Shown piece after piece: positions 46,462 to 54,735 of a DNA stretch of 64,000 nucleotides. Numbering within the stretch: position 1 is the first letter of the stretch; every line of letters starts with the position of its first letter. Source of the stretch: Lingula anatina (lineage: Eukaryota > Animalia > Brachiopoda); assembly GCA_051362555.1 (NCBI GenBank), contig CM120644.1, forward strand, positions 16,886,534-16,950,533. Reading direction: 5' to 3'. Both the position numbers and the translations under genes were made by a program. The notes beneath the pieces are model-generated. The model was not told the origin of the DNA, ran no database searches, and saw nothing but the letters and a program-made list of their open reading frames with translations.

Positions 46462-47954
46462 GTTGGACTTAAATCTAAGATGCAAGAAGCTTGTTTAGTT
46501 GAGAATTAAGACACTAGTGTAATGGTATTCTATTCAACAGCACCATAGATTTCAGTTTTAAAGAGGCCAGGATCACAGCAAATTATAAAATTTGTATAAT
46601 AAAATAAGCAGGTATCTGGGCTTAGGGGAGGTATACATATAAGTTGTATGTTGTCTTTGTTGTGATTCAGTTCCACATCTCTATACAGTTTCTATGTTCA
46701 CTGAAGACAGAAAACACTGATCAGGGACGGATCCAGAAATATTTTCTGACAGTCTTCCAAATTATCTTTGTTGATCTATCCTCCATTTTTGACCGTCTTC
46801 CGACAGAAAACATTAGATGCCCGACAATGTAAACTTGAAAATCTGACCCTCTTCCGGAAGACCCAGAAGACGGCCTAAATCCGCCCCTGCTGATGACAAC
46901 AACGATGAGATCATGTCGATACTCCCCAGCACCAATAATCCCCCTTAGTAAATTTTTGTATTTATAATTATGCCCATCGATACTACACCACACCGATAGA
47001 TCTCCACATCACTACATCCCTAGTAAAATTGCCGATGTAGGCACAACGTTACTCCCCTACACCGATACTCCCCCACATCATTGCTTCCCCGCATGGATAC
47101 TGTGTGGAGAGTATCAGTGCGAAGGGAGTATTGGTAGAGGGATGTAACCACAACAACAGCAGTGATAGAATTACCACCTTCAATCTTCTGCCTTTAAATC
47201 CCATGAGCTGACTAGCTATACAGGAGTGGTATTGTGTATGTGATATTTCCAGTGATAAAAATGTGCAGGTAAAACACAATGGTTTCTAAGCAAGGGTTTA
47301 ACAGTTCACGTATCCATGCCTGCATGTATATCTCAGTCTTTCATAGTTTAATGTACAAACATAATTTGACTGGTAATAAGCTTGCATGTGTGTGTGTGTG
47401 CATGTGTGTGTGAGATTGGAGTGGGGGGGGGGGGGGGACAGGTGTGTGACAGGGTGAGGGAAGGGGGGAGACACTTCCCCAATTGCTTGACCACTGAATT
47501 AGATTTTTAAACAGAGCTAAACAGCCAGCAAGTTATAGTTCACATTCACCCTTGACTATCAAAACCATAATGGTACGGTACCACAAACAAACATCAGTCC
47601 AAAATCTTCAGAGTTTTATTTTATCTTTATTTCTTAACCTGCGCTGAGGCTGCAGCATTATGTGAATGGTCATTGGCCTTAATGTGGGTCCAGTAGTTCA
47701 GTCATTTTATTATTTTAAAGTCGACGAAAAAATATTGAGTTAATTATGGTTAAACTAATGAAATACCAACATATTTATGTTGATGTGAAATATTCACTGA
47801 CAGAAACACACACACACACACGTGTTGAATGAAATCAACAACTCGTTTTCAAATGTAAGCCTTGAAAAAAAAAATAGGGTCGTTTTTTCTTCAACTCACC
47901 TGAAATTCCACTTATGCAGATGAGAAATAGATAGAATGTTTCACCCTGCTTCAT
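1..47954 (-). CDS. PKD1L1: Polycystin-1 family gene (PKD1L1-like): signal peptide, WSC, about 15 PKD/Ig-like repeats, REJ module; 3' part beyond window start
   Basis: 24 GT-AG exons with consistent cumulative phase: 47900-47954, 43347-43476, 42238-42330, 34372-34577, 22538-22696, 16038-16357, 11574-11660, 10043-11297, 9655-9792, 8128-8240, 7553-7794, 7064-7169, 6249-6826, 5732-5965, 5201-5322, 4197-4559, 3534-3732, 2821-3066, 2121-2250, 1647-1862, 1166-1341, 790-1020, 394-545, 1-21. Repeated WDFGDG/VDFGDG...HTY..G motifs and the REJ motif LDGTASYDPD. Family call is strong; the PKD1L1 subfamily call rests on remembered similarity of the REJ region. Confidence 0.88.
394..545 (-). CDS. Polycystin exon 23: REJ (VSIQCKGC...LSMEASCPDC...YEW)
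   Basis: gtttcag acceptor, CAG|GTAATT donor, REJ cysteine pattern. Confidence 0.87.
790..1020 (-). CDS. Polycystin exon 22: REJ (YNWTC...YVFNLTVS)
   Basis: Phase 2/2, CAG|GTGAG donor. Confidence 0.88.
1166..1341 (-). CDS. Polycystin exon 21: REJ (IKGG...LDGTASYDPD)
   Basis: REJ hallmark motif; GAG|GTAAG donor. Confidence 0.88.
1647..1862 (-). CDS. Polycystin exon 20: REJ (LRLEADINVQCDISNALWYRW)
   Basis: Phase 0/0, open frame, REJ-like sequence. Confidence 0.85.
1981..2090. repeat. Tandem repeat, about 34-bp AT-rich unit x3
   Basis: TATACTAAAATAA..CAAAATAAACTATACAATG repeated. Confidence 0.75.
2121..2250 (-). CDS. Polycystin exon 19: PKD end and REJ start (RRFCLQPQV)
   Basis: ttttcag acceptor, GAG|GTGGGT donor. 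Confidence 0.87.
2821..3066 (-). CDS. Polycystin exon 18 (GSDVRYTWDFGDG), last PKD repeat
   Basis: Canonical PKD signature; phase 2/2. Confidence 0.9.
3534..3732 (-). CDS. Polycystin exon 17
   Basis: cctctag acceptor, AAG|GTATG donor, in phase. Confidence 0.85.
4197..4559 (-). CDS. Polycystin exon 16 (GSNLTFDWSFGD)
   Basis: ORF 4147..4587; PKD motif; phase 1/1. Confidence 0.9.
4619..4955. mobile_element. MITE with TTAA TSD and 19-bp TIR (Kolobok-like)
   Basis: TTAA|AGGGATAATAACTCTTCGT...ACGAAGAGTTATTATCACT|TTAA. Confidence 0.72.
5201..5322 (-). CDS. Polycystin exon 15 (GGSNVMFHVDFGDG...HKYT)
   Basis: Splice sites in phase; PKD motif; absent from the ORF track. Confidence 0.88.
5732..5965 (-). 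CDS. Polycystin exon 14
   Basis: tccacag acceptor, CAA|GTAAGT donor, phase 2/2. Confidence 0.85.
6249..6826 (-). CDS. Polycystin exon 13: PKD repeats
   Basis: ORF 6245..6790; VDLGDG...HAYSDIG. Confidence 0.9.
7064..7169 (-). CDS. Polycystin exon 12 (GTNLVYAWSFG)
   Basis: gattgcag acceptor, AAG|GTAGG donor, phase 2/0. Confidence 0.87.
7553..7794 (-). CDS. Polycystin exon 11: PKD repeat (IDYGDN...HTYAQTG)
   Basis: Splice sites in phase; PKD motif. Confidence 0.87.
8128..8240 (-). CDS. Polycystin exon 10
   Basis: catttcag acceptor, AAA|GTATTT donor; open frame VSTSSAAKVVDVEPLGSEPYLVVSGP. Confidence 0.82.
9655..9792 (-). CDS. Polycystin exon 9: PKD repeat
   Basis: tttgcag acceptor, TAG|GTGAGT donor, phase 1/1. 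Confidence 0.87.
10043..11297 (-). CDS. Polycystin exon 8: large exon with about 4 PKD repeats
   Basis: 442-aa ORF 9990..11318 with VDFGDG, WSFGD, HTY/HTF..G motifs. Confidence 0.93.
11574..11660 (-). CDS. Polycystin exon 7 (SHTFTQLGIYDVKLEVNN)
   Basis: Strong splice sites, phase 0/0, completes a PKD repeat. Confidence 0.88.
12476..12667. repeat. Inverted repeat (probable MITE remnant)
   Basis: TTTTTCTTCACTCAACAGCTAATATT pairs with AGCTGTTGAGTGAAGAAAAA. Confidence 0.6.
13446..13623. mobile_element. Degenerate MITE (CAGGC..TAGCCAG...CTAGCTACGGGCCT)
   Basis: Imperfect TIRs and G-run typical of such elements; TSD unclear. Confidence 0.5.
14019..14344. mobile_element. Degenerate Harbinger-like MITE, TAG flanks
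   Basis: GGCC...CACAA termini, TAG on both sides. Confidence 0.4.
15847..15922. repeat. (GT)n microsatellite
   Basis: Direct reading. Confidence 0.95.
16038..16357 (-). CDS. Polycystin exon 6: PKD repeat (GTNLTFAWDFGDG)
   Basis: ttttacag acceptor, AAG|GTAAA donor, canonical PKD signature. Confidence 0.9.
22234..22399 (-). mobile_element. MITE, inverted copy of the 46722-46889 element
   Basis: Reverse-complement similarity over most of its length; flanks ATAAT/ATAAA. Confidence 0.7.
22538..22696 (-). CDS. Polycystin exon 5: PKD repeat (FFVWSLDG...HTFSQPG)
   Basis: ctttgtag acceptor, TTG|GTAAGA donor, phase 1/1. Confidence 0.82.
25078..25301. mobile_element. PIF/Harbinger (Tourist-like) MITE, GATCGATC family, TAA TSD
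   Basis: TAA flanks, inverted ends, internal identity to 35661-35863. Confidence 0.75.
25353..25734. mobile_element. Tourist-like MITE carrying a nested MITE (25499-25645)
   Basis: TIR GGGTGCCTTCCCAA / TTGGGAATGCACCC with TAA/TTA flanks; nested element has about 33-bp TIRs and CAG TSD. Confidence 0.75.
32677..32930. mobile_element. Tourist-like MITE, TTA TSD
   Basis: TIR GGGCTCATTCCCAA / TTGGGAATGAGCCC; subterminal TAGATCGATC shared with the family. Confidence 0.78.
33465..33566. repeat. (TGAA)n microsatellite
   Basis: Direct reading. Confidence 0.95.
34372..34577 (-). CDS. Polycystin exon 4: end of WSC, start of first PKD repeat
   Basis: Phase-2 acceptor ctaaacttcag, donor AAG|GTGAGT; overlaps ORF 34316..34552. 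Confidence 0.8.
35661..35863. mobile_element. Tourist-like MITE, ATA TSD
   Basis: High internal identity to 25078-25301; ATA on both flanks. Confidence 0.75.
36099..36410. mobile_element. Foldback/MITE with about 93-bp imperfect inverted arms
   Basis: Arm 36099-36191 pairs with 36318-36410; explains the mirror ORFs 36128+ and 36253-. Confidence 0.75.
38958..39131. repeat. (CT)n/(CCCT)n polypyrimidine microsatellite
   Basis: Direct reading. Confidence 0.95.
41690..42020. repeat. TGTCAC-rich degenerate repeat with an internal duplication of about 210 bp
   Basis: TCACCTAG.TGTCAC...TCTGTCACCATGTCACACCT occurs twice. Confidence 0.6.
42238..42330 (-). CDS. Polycystin exon 3: WSC domain (YTYTVVKGSSCDC...RCNN)
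   Basis: actttcag acceptor, CAG|GTGAGA donor, GxxCxC motif; absent from the ORF track. Confidence 0.85.
43347..43476 (-). CDS. Polycystin exon 2: WSC domain N-part (WYQGCF...DCSRQCLVAG)
   Basis: ttttccag acceptor, GG|GTAAGA donor, WSC YxGCF and CxxxC pattern. Confidence 0.85.
45803..45976. mobile_element. MITE with 29-bp TIRs and ATT TSD (Harbinger-like)
   Basis: GGCCGCATTCAGAACCGTGGACTAACTAG versus reverse complement GGCCACTTTCAGAACAGTGGACTCACTAG. Confidence 0.75.
46376..46459. repeat. (GA)n microsatellite
   Basis: Direct reading. Confidence 0.95.
46722..46889 (+). mobile_element. MITE, CAGGG(A)CGGATC family, 5-bp TSD CTGAT
   Basis: TIRs at both ends, CTGAT on both flanks, inverted sister copy at 22234-22399. 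Confidence 0.75.
47900..47954 (-). CDS. Polycystin exon 1 (coding part): putative signal peptide MKQGETFYLFLICISGIS
   Basis: ATG with in-frame TAG just upstream, hydrophobic core, strong donor CAG|GTGAGT, phase 1 matching exon 2. Confidence 0.65.
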
Positions 47955-48055
47955 CTTCTATTGTAGTTGGGATTCAAATCTACTTCCATCCTCTTTAAAT
48001 CTCAGAAAAGTTTCGTTGTAAATAGTTACTATCACACATTCTTGTTCGCCGCCAT
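47951..48055 (-). promoter_or_regulatory. Three uORFs in the polycystin 5' leader; YY1-like AACATGGCGGC at the first
   Basis: ATG-stop ORFs at 48055-48032, 48039-47995 and 47989-47951; the last overlaps the main ATG as ATGA. Confidence 0.5.
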
Positions 48056-48671
48056 GTTGTATTTGTTCATTTTGACCTTTGGGGGGACAAAGCAGAAAGC
48101 CGTTGTATTTAACAAAAATAATTCAGATAGATTGCCAATGAACAAATTTATGTTGATATGACAAACAACTAAAATGTTTTAATTCTTGAAAATAGAGATT
48201 ATGTATCGAGTTATATATTCAGAAACGATAGTTTTTTTCCAAATAAAATAAAAGGATGTTTATATCTTTACCCGCAAGCTCTCCCTAAAATTGTCTTCCT
48301 ATTGGAAATAGTCCCATTGATGCAGTTTATTCATGCGTGTTTGCTATTGTGCCGAAGCACGCATTTAAGCTGGTTAACTGCACGCTAGGCGGGGATGTCA
48401 AGTCTTGTAACAATAAGAAAATGTGACTGTGGAGACGACAATTGTTGCAGAAGTTACGAGGTATAGCGGGGAACAAAATAAAGTCATAGAAATAACGCAA
48501 AATTACCTATTTTCCGTTTTTAAAAGTAACTCCCCAAATTAAAGTCCAATAAAATATTATTTAACCAATATAGATCTGAAATATGACATGTGAACTCGTT
48601 AAGATACGCATTTTAGTCAATATTGTTTTTCTTTTTTATTCTCATTTATCTTTGTTTATTTATTTATTCAT

Positions 48672-48729
<58 letters not shown>

Positions 48730-49172
48730 GGGCCCTTTACTGCGGGACGCAGAAAGGACGCTGTCCAGTATAAAGGGGACTTAAGCAAATAATGATTTCA
48801 GATAAACTGAAAACGAACGCACTCAAAACAAAGTAAAAAAGCTTCAGCAAGGCGAGCACACACGAAAACAGCTCGAGGAGGCATGGCATGTCAGTTTATC
48901 TGTTGCATTCAGCGAGAGTCCCAGTGGAGTTGGATTGATCCACGTAGTACGATAATTTCACTGGGAACGCGCCCTAAGGGCCCATAATATAAGGTCTGAA
49001 AGTAGCTATGGCAGTTTTAAAGTCTCTCTAAAAGCTAACAGTTTAAAACGTTTCTTTATGATGAATGTTTTTAAACTATTAAAATGATTCTGTATTTTAG
49101 TGCTGTAATTCTTATTTTTAAAAAATATGTTCATTGTGAAATGTTCTGAAAATGGAAAATGCCATACTAGAA

Positions 49173-49219
<47 letters not shown>

Positions 49220-49650
49220 GAAAGCCGGATATTTTAAATACAAAACGAACCGATACATTTTTGGTGATGGCGCAGCCGATTGTGTCTCAGATCACAACAA
49301 AGGCAATACAATTCTACGCCAACCCTACAGGAACAAATAACCCAGAACATGACAGTGGCGGATTTAGAGGGGGGGGGGGTCAGGGGGAGGGGTCCCTTCG
49401 GTTTCTGAAAAATATAGGCCTATCAGACCAATATTCCCTTCTTGAAATTAGAAATTATATAAGACTATGAGAAATTTGAGATGATATGATTCATACATCA
49501 TTGACGTCTCGCGTCATTGTTTGCGTTTAAAACCCGACCTCTAATTCCATGAATGGCGAACCTGGGCTTGATGCTTAAAATTTAATTTTAGTCAGCAGGC
49601 CAATTCCCCTAACTGAGCAAAATGTATCGTAGCATGGCAGTAGACATTAT

Positions 49651-49686
<36 letters not shown>

Positions 49687-49749
49687 GGGGGGGGGTGTAA
49701 AGAGAGACACCAATACTGATTTTCAAGAATAATTTTCACATAGGGGAAA

Positions 49750-49905
49750 CAGATGTAACAGGAATGGAAGTCCGGGCTCCCATATAATTGGTACAGGTTA
49801 GAGTTAATTGGAGTATTGGGGTTAGTATATGGACGAATGTCACAGGTACAAAGTAATGGGAAGCGGACTACGGTTACTAGCGGACTCCCATTCCTGTTAC
49901 ACCTG
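49750..49905. mobile_element. Small MITE nested in the 4.6 kb insertion
   Basis: 25-bp imperfect TIR CAGATGTAACAGGAATGGAAGTCCG / CGGACTCCCATTCCTGTTACACCTG. Confidence 0.65.
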
Positions 49906-51964
49906 GGCTACATGTGTAATAGGCCAAGTTAGACCCTTTTGGTCTTTTGGCCTTATAGAGTATCGTATGTGACATCAAATATTTGCACGACTTTGAGCAT
50001 ATGAAGGTATCACCACCGGGTTTACTGAACATTCGTGAACAGTTTCAGTAACAACCCCTCACCTAAAATGAGCTATACCTGTTGTTATTTGCATAACAAC
50101 AAGTTGTTCATCATACGTAGTGCGTGCTGTCTTCCCGATTGCTCACTTGGCAGTTAGACAGAGTCGGGTGTAGACGCAACAGTATGTGTGGTGCAGTCAG
50201 AAGGTCGAGCTTTTATAAGGCATGGAAGCAAATGTATATTTGTGAGTATCACTATTTCTTCATCAACCACAGTCATTAAATAGTAAAGGTGCAGAAGTAT
50301 AAGGAAAATATTTACGACAAATATTTATGACATGAATCCTTTTAAAATATTTCCATTGTTACTTGTATGTCAGAATGGTAGAAATTATTGCTTACAGTGC
50401 ATTGGGACTCCAAATGTTCAGGACAAACGGGCATTCATCTGACTTTTGGTGATAACCTAAGTTTGCTTGAAATCCTCTGCACTTTATAACCCTCTATTTG
50501 AACATTTTGTGTGCCCAGGCCTTGACAATTAATTTTGAATATTTTGACCTAATTTAAAACGTTGTGTGTGTTTAAATGTAAGTATTACCACCATTTATCA
50601 CCACAAATTTATTAATTGGATGATGCTTGTCACCGTTCTGAGCTTCTCGTCCAAGGATTTCGAGTGCTCAATGCACAATGATTGACAGATACATATTTTA
50701 CACAGCCTGTCGTCTCCATTGTGCCATGTGTTGTCCATCCATTACACGGTTCACTGTATGAAAACTTACTATATATGTGCAATATATTTGTTATAATTTT
50801 CAAATAGAATTTGTAAATTATCTCTTTCTCCGAAATGCGTCAACATGTACTACAACACGTCTTATAACTTTTAACTTAAGCTTTTAATATCAAGAGGAAT
50901 ATATTAACGGTCGTAGCAATAACCTCACCCACCCTGCAAATGAGACGGGCTGTGCTATCTATGTTACTTTTTAACAAGAGGCCTCAAATAGTTATATCAT
51001 TAATTAATTCCAGATCATAATTTTGGTTTTGCGCTAGCTGAACCTGAACATCAGACTAGTTAAATAAACGTGCACGCCATTCCATTTAGGCCTACATGTG
51101 CCCTGGCCTCTGCCCTGAGATATTACATGCATTATTAGAATGTAAAGAGCCTGTCTGTTTAGTTCAAAGTTGCAAACATTATTTTATCTTTTCAGGAACT
51201 CAACGAGATTCTGCACAGCATCCGCCTGAAAGCAGCCTATGAAGTGTTACACACAGGAACCCACGCCCCTTCGTACATCATGTCTATTATATGAAAACTC
51301 AATAAAAAAACTTTTGTAATTTGGCGTTTTATTTTTCACTTTGTTATGAAATTATTGTATTAAGGATAGTAGTTATGATAATGGAAAATGAGTTATTTTT
51401 AGTGTTTGAGAACTTTCAAATTCAATCTGAACTGTAAATACGTATTGTCAATGTTTTTGTGGTTTACGGTTTTATCTGGTACCTAAATTTTAAATAGTTG
51501 TAAAATAACCAATATTTTCTAAATAACCCCTCCAAGCTGTTTTAGCGCACTGAAATAAAATATCTTAAATGGTTTTCAACAGCCTACATTTTACTTTATA
51601 GTTCAAATTTATATAAATTTACAATCCCGGTTTTTTAAAATACGAGATTTTTGTTCTTTAACACATGGAACTAATTTGTTTGGATATAATTTCTCCTATA
51701 TTTTCTTGTATAGGGAGGGTACCATTTTGATGGGTTTTGGCCTTTGCTATCGTGAATTGTTCTAATTTGGCGGCCTATTCTTAGTGTAAACACTTAATTT
51801 GATATTTGAACGTAATAATGAAAAGATGGGGTGATTCTAATAGAAGCTTAAATCAAGTTTTTTTTAATGGATACGGCTGAAATTGGCTAAAAATTTGATT
51901 TCTGAGGGTAAATAGAGCAATTTCTTCAAAACCTGTTATCTGAACCAAATGGAATTAATTACAA

Positions 51965-52635
51965 GACTCGCCCCACCTGTCACCCCTTTTTATGCAATGG
52001 ACTCACTCACCTGTCATCCCTCTAATGCAATGTACCTGCCCCACCTGTCACCCCTCTAATACAATGGACCTGCCCTACCACCTGTCACCCCTCTCATGCA
52101 ATGGATTCGCCCCACCTGTCACCCCTTCTAATGCAATGGACTCGCCCCACCTGTCACCCCTTTTATGCAGTGCACTCGTCCCACCTGTCACCCCCCCCTT
52201 TAATGTAATGGACTCGCCCCACCTGTCACCCCTTCTAATGCAATGGACTCGCCCCACCTGTCACCCCTTTTATGCAGTGCACTCGTCCCACCTGTCACCC
52301 CTTTTATGCAATGGACTCGCCCCACCTGTCACCCCTTCTAATGCAATGGACTCGCCCCACCTGTCACCCCTTTTATGCAGTGCACTCGTCCCACCTGTCA
52401 CCCCTTTTATGCAATGGACTCGCCCCACCTGTCACCCCTTTTTATGCAATGGACTCGCCCCACCTGTCACCCCCTTTATGCAATGGACTCGCCCCACCTG
52501 TCCCCCCTTTTATGCAATGGACTCGCCCCACCTGTCACCCTTTTATGCAATGAACTCGCTCCACCTGCCACCCCTCTAATGAAATGGAATTGCCCCACAT
52601 AACCCCCCTTTTATTTGGAATGGAGTCGCCCCATC
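51965..52635. repeat. Minisatellite, about 32-bp unit ATGCAATGGACTCGCCCCACCTGTCACCCCTTTT, about 20 copies
   Basis: Direct tandem repeats; source of spurious ORFs 51992..52602. Confidence 0.92.
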
Positions 52636-53994
52636 TGACATCACTTAGATTGAGAGGATTTTATCCGCTAAACCCCTTCAATTCAGATGACTGTGGCGTA
52701 CTATTCAACCTTTTGCTTCAGTCAAGTCGTCACTGCTAAACTGTTTCACTAATCCTGTATTAGCTGACCTTGTAAGCAATTTATTAGAATGACTTTTCTA
52801 AAATGAAGGTAAAACAATCATTTAATTCATCACAAACGCCAACCAACTATCAGGATTACTTGAAAAGACCTTTTTAATAATTTTGATTAACCTTATTACA
52901 TAATTGAAGTCCATTCTTGAAAGAAAAAAAAAAAAGCTTTTCATCATATCGGTAATTTCGGGTTGGTACCGACTGCCCGAGGGTACTTAAATCATCATCG
53001 CTCTAGTCGCCGACTAACCCCAACCCCAATTTGTAATATCAGCCACTAAGTGTAGTTAAGACAGCGTATGATGCAGGCTTGATGCCCAACGTTATACCAA
53101 CAGCGAATGGCGCGACTACTGCTTGCTATAGTGGTAAATATAAACGACACATATTTATTTTTATAACCTCGTTAGAACGTTTTAATACTAGATGTGATGA
53201 TAAAAGTTGTGCAAATTGAAGTGATGCAAAATATGAAATTCTTTGTTCATGTGTTTTTGGCAAAATTAACAAAAATGTAGGCCTATAATTTGTAAATTTC
53301 ATCAAAATATATGAGCGTTAATAGTACTTGCTGGCAACGTTCCTCGGATCATTGATGATGGCAGTACTAGTGGCAGTGTAGAACGTTAGAATAACGTTCT
53401 TTTACACTTGCTGGTCTAACCAATATATAACCCTGTTATCAAAACGTTCTGTGTAAGCTAGGCATACGCTACCTTCATTATTTTGCACATGTTAAAAATA
53501 TTTATTAACAAGAGATCTAATATCTGTGAAATCAAACTCAAATGGCACTAAATGGATTTTTTTTATTGATGATAACAAATAATGAGATATTGTTTTAAAA
53601 GTAACTACAAAAATTTCAACTTTAAAGGTTCACTTCATGGGTCTGAAAATTCCCCCAAACGCGATACACAGCAGTAGCAGATTTAGGGGGTGTCAAGGGG
53701 GTCCTGACCCCCCCCCCCTTCAATTACTGAAAAAAAATCACACCAATGGTCCCACTCTTGCAACTAAAATTTTGACTAGCTGAATCATAGTTCAAAACGG
53801 TACCAAATTGCACCGATCGCCCTATTAATTACTAAAAATTTCGTGGCCCTTCAGCAGGCCCCGAACCCCACGCCAAGGGGGGGGGTGTAAGGGGGTAAAT
53901 AATACTGGAACCGCCCCTGCCTGATGTTAGGTTAGTTGATCCGTTAGCTCAACGAATTAACGCCTTGGTTAGGTTGTTACACCGATGTACGGAT

Positions 53995-54007
53995 AGGTCA
54001 AAGGTCA
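53995..54007 (+). promoter_or_regulatory. Perfect DR1 nuclear-receptor element AGGTCA-A-AGGTCA upstream of CYP copy A
   Basis: Exact consensus about 730 bp upstream of ATG; equivalent site kept in copy B. Confidence 0.6.
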
Positions 54008-54735
54008 GAAATTAGTACAGTAGAAGTAATAAAAAGAGTACACGGTTCCTATGGGCCATGGTACGAAATGTCCCCCGGCCTCCGCTTTTCAACAACATCG
54101 ACGGTTTTTGCTTGTTCTTTTCAATATTCTAAGGTATGGTTTGTGGCACTAATGCCATTTTTAGGACTGCTAATTCGCAAAGCATTGTACCTCTAGTAGA
54201 GACTAGCCACTTTCAATATGTTTCTGCCTGCACGGTGTCTATGATTCTTTACCGCTATAAAAACCAACAAAATCAACACGGTTATCTCAACGACATGCTG
54301 ATAACGAGTGCGACCCAGGTGACTATTTTCTCATTTACGACTACTTAAATTTAACTCCTCGATTTACGGGCTTTCTTTTTACTCTTTTTTTTTTTTATTA
54401 ATTTGAGGGGGTTTTTTTTTCAGAAGAAATATGACTGTTAAGAAAGCTGACTGTACTTTGTGTACCCCCCCCCCCCCCCCCAAAAAAAAAAGCCATGTTG
54501 TAATATAGGTTAAAGGACTCTGTGTTTATAGCAACAAAAACTCTTGAGTGTAAAAATGTATTTATATTATCATAGAATGTTATGATATTATGTAGTTATC
54601 GGGCGAGAGCTGCAGGACGTGTTAAACAGAAAAATGTTGTCACTCTCTTTAGACTGTGAGTATTTGTCCTTGAACGGCTGAGGGCTGCAGTAGATAACGT
54701 TAACGCCATTGGTCTCACAACATTTTATCTTTAAC

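Larger units (their letters stand above)
49353..53919. mobile_element. 4.6 kb non-autonomous DNA-transposon-like insertion with CAG(T/G)GGCGG termini and about 5-bp TSD
   Basis: Flanks 49200-49352 and 53920 onward are contiguous in the CYP-B paralog (58455-58620). Termini CAGTGGCGGATT and AACCGCCCCTG; flanks CATGA/CCTGA versus a single CTTGA at the empty site. Confidence 0.7.

Noticed and set aside
46511-46560. miR-29-like seed AGCACCA in a weak hairpin
   Set aside because: Poor stem pairing and several mismatches to the mature sequence as I recall it
47049-47279. ORF with signal-peptide-like MGFKGRRLKVVILSLLLLWL as alternative polycystin first exon
   Set aside because: No convincing phase-1 donor; exon 47900-47954 has a much stronger donor. 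Not fully excluded
26600-49340. Low-complexity ORFs (poly-I, HT, SL/RE, IHSF, FIYL repeats)
   Set aside because: Translations of microsatellites
51965-52635. CRISPR-like array and 195-aa repetitive ORF
   Set aside because: Units are directly adjacent with no unique spacers, no cas genes, eukaryotic context; the ORFs are by-products of the minisatellite
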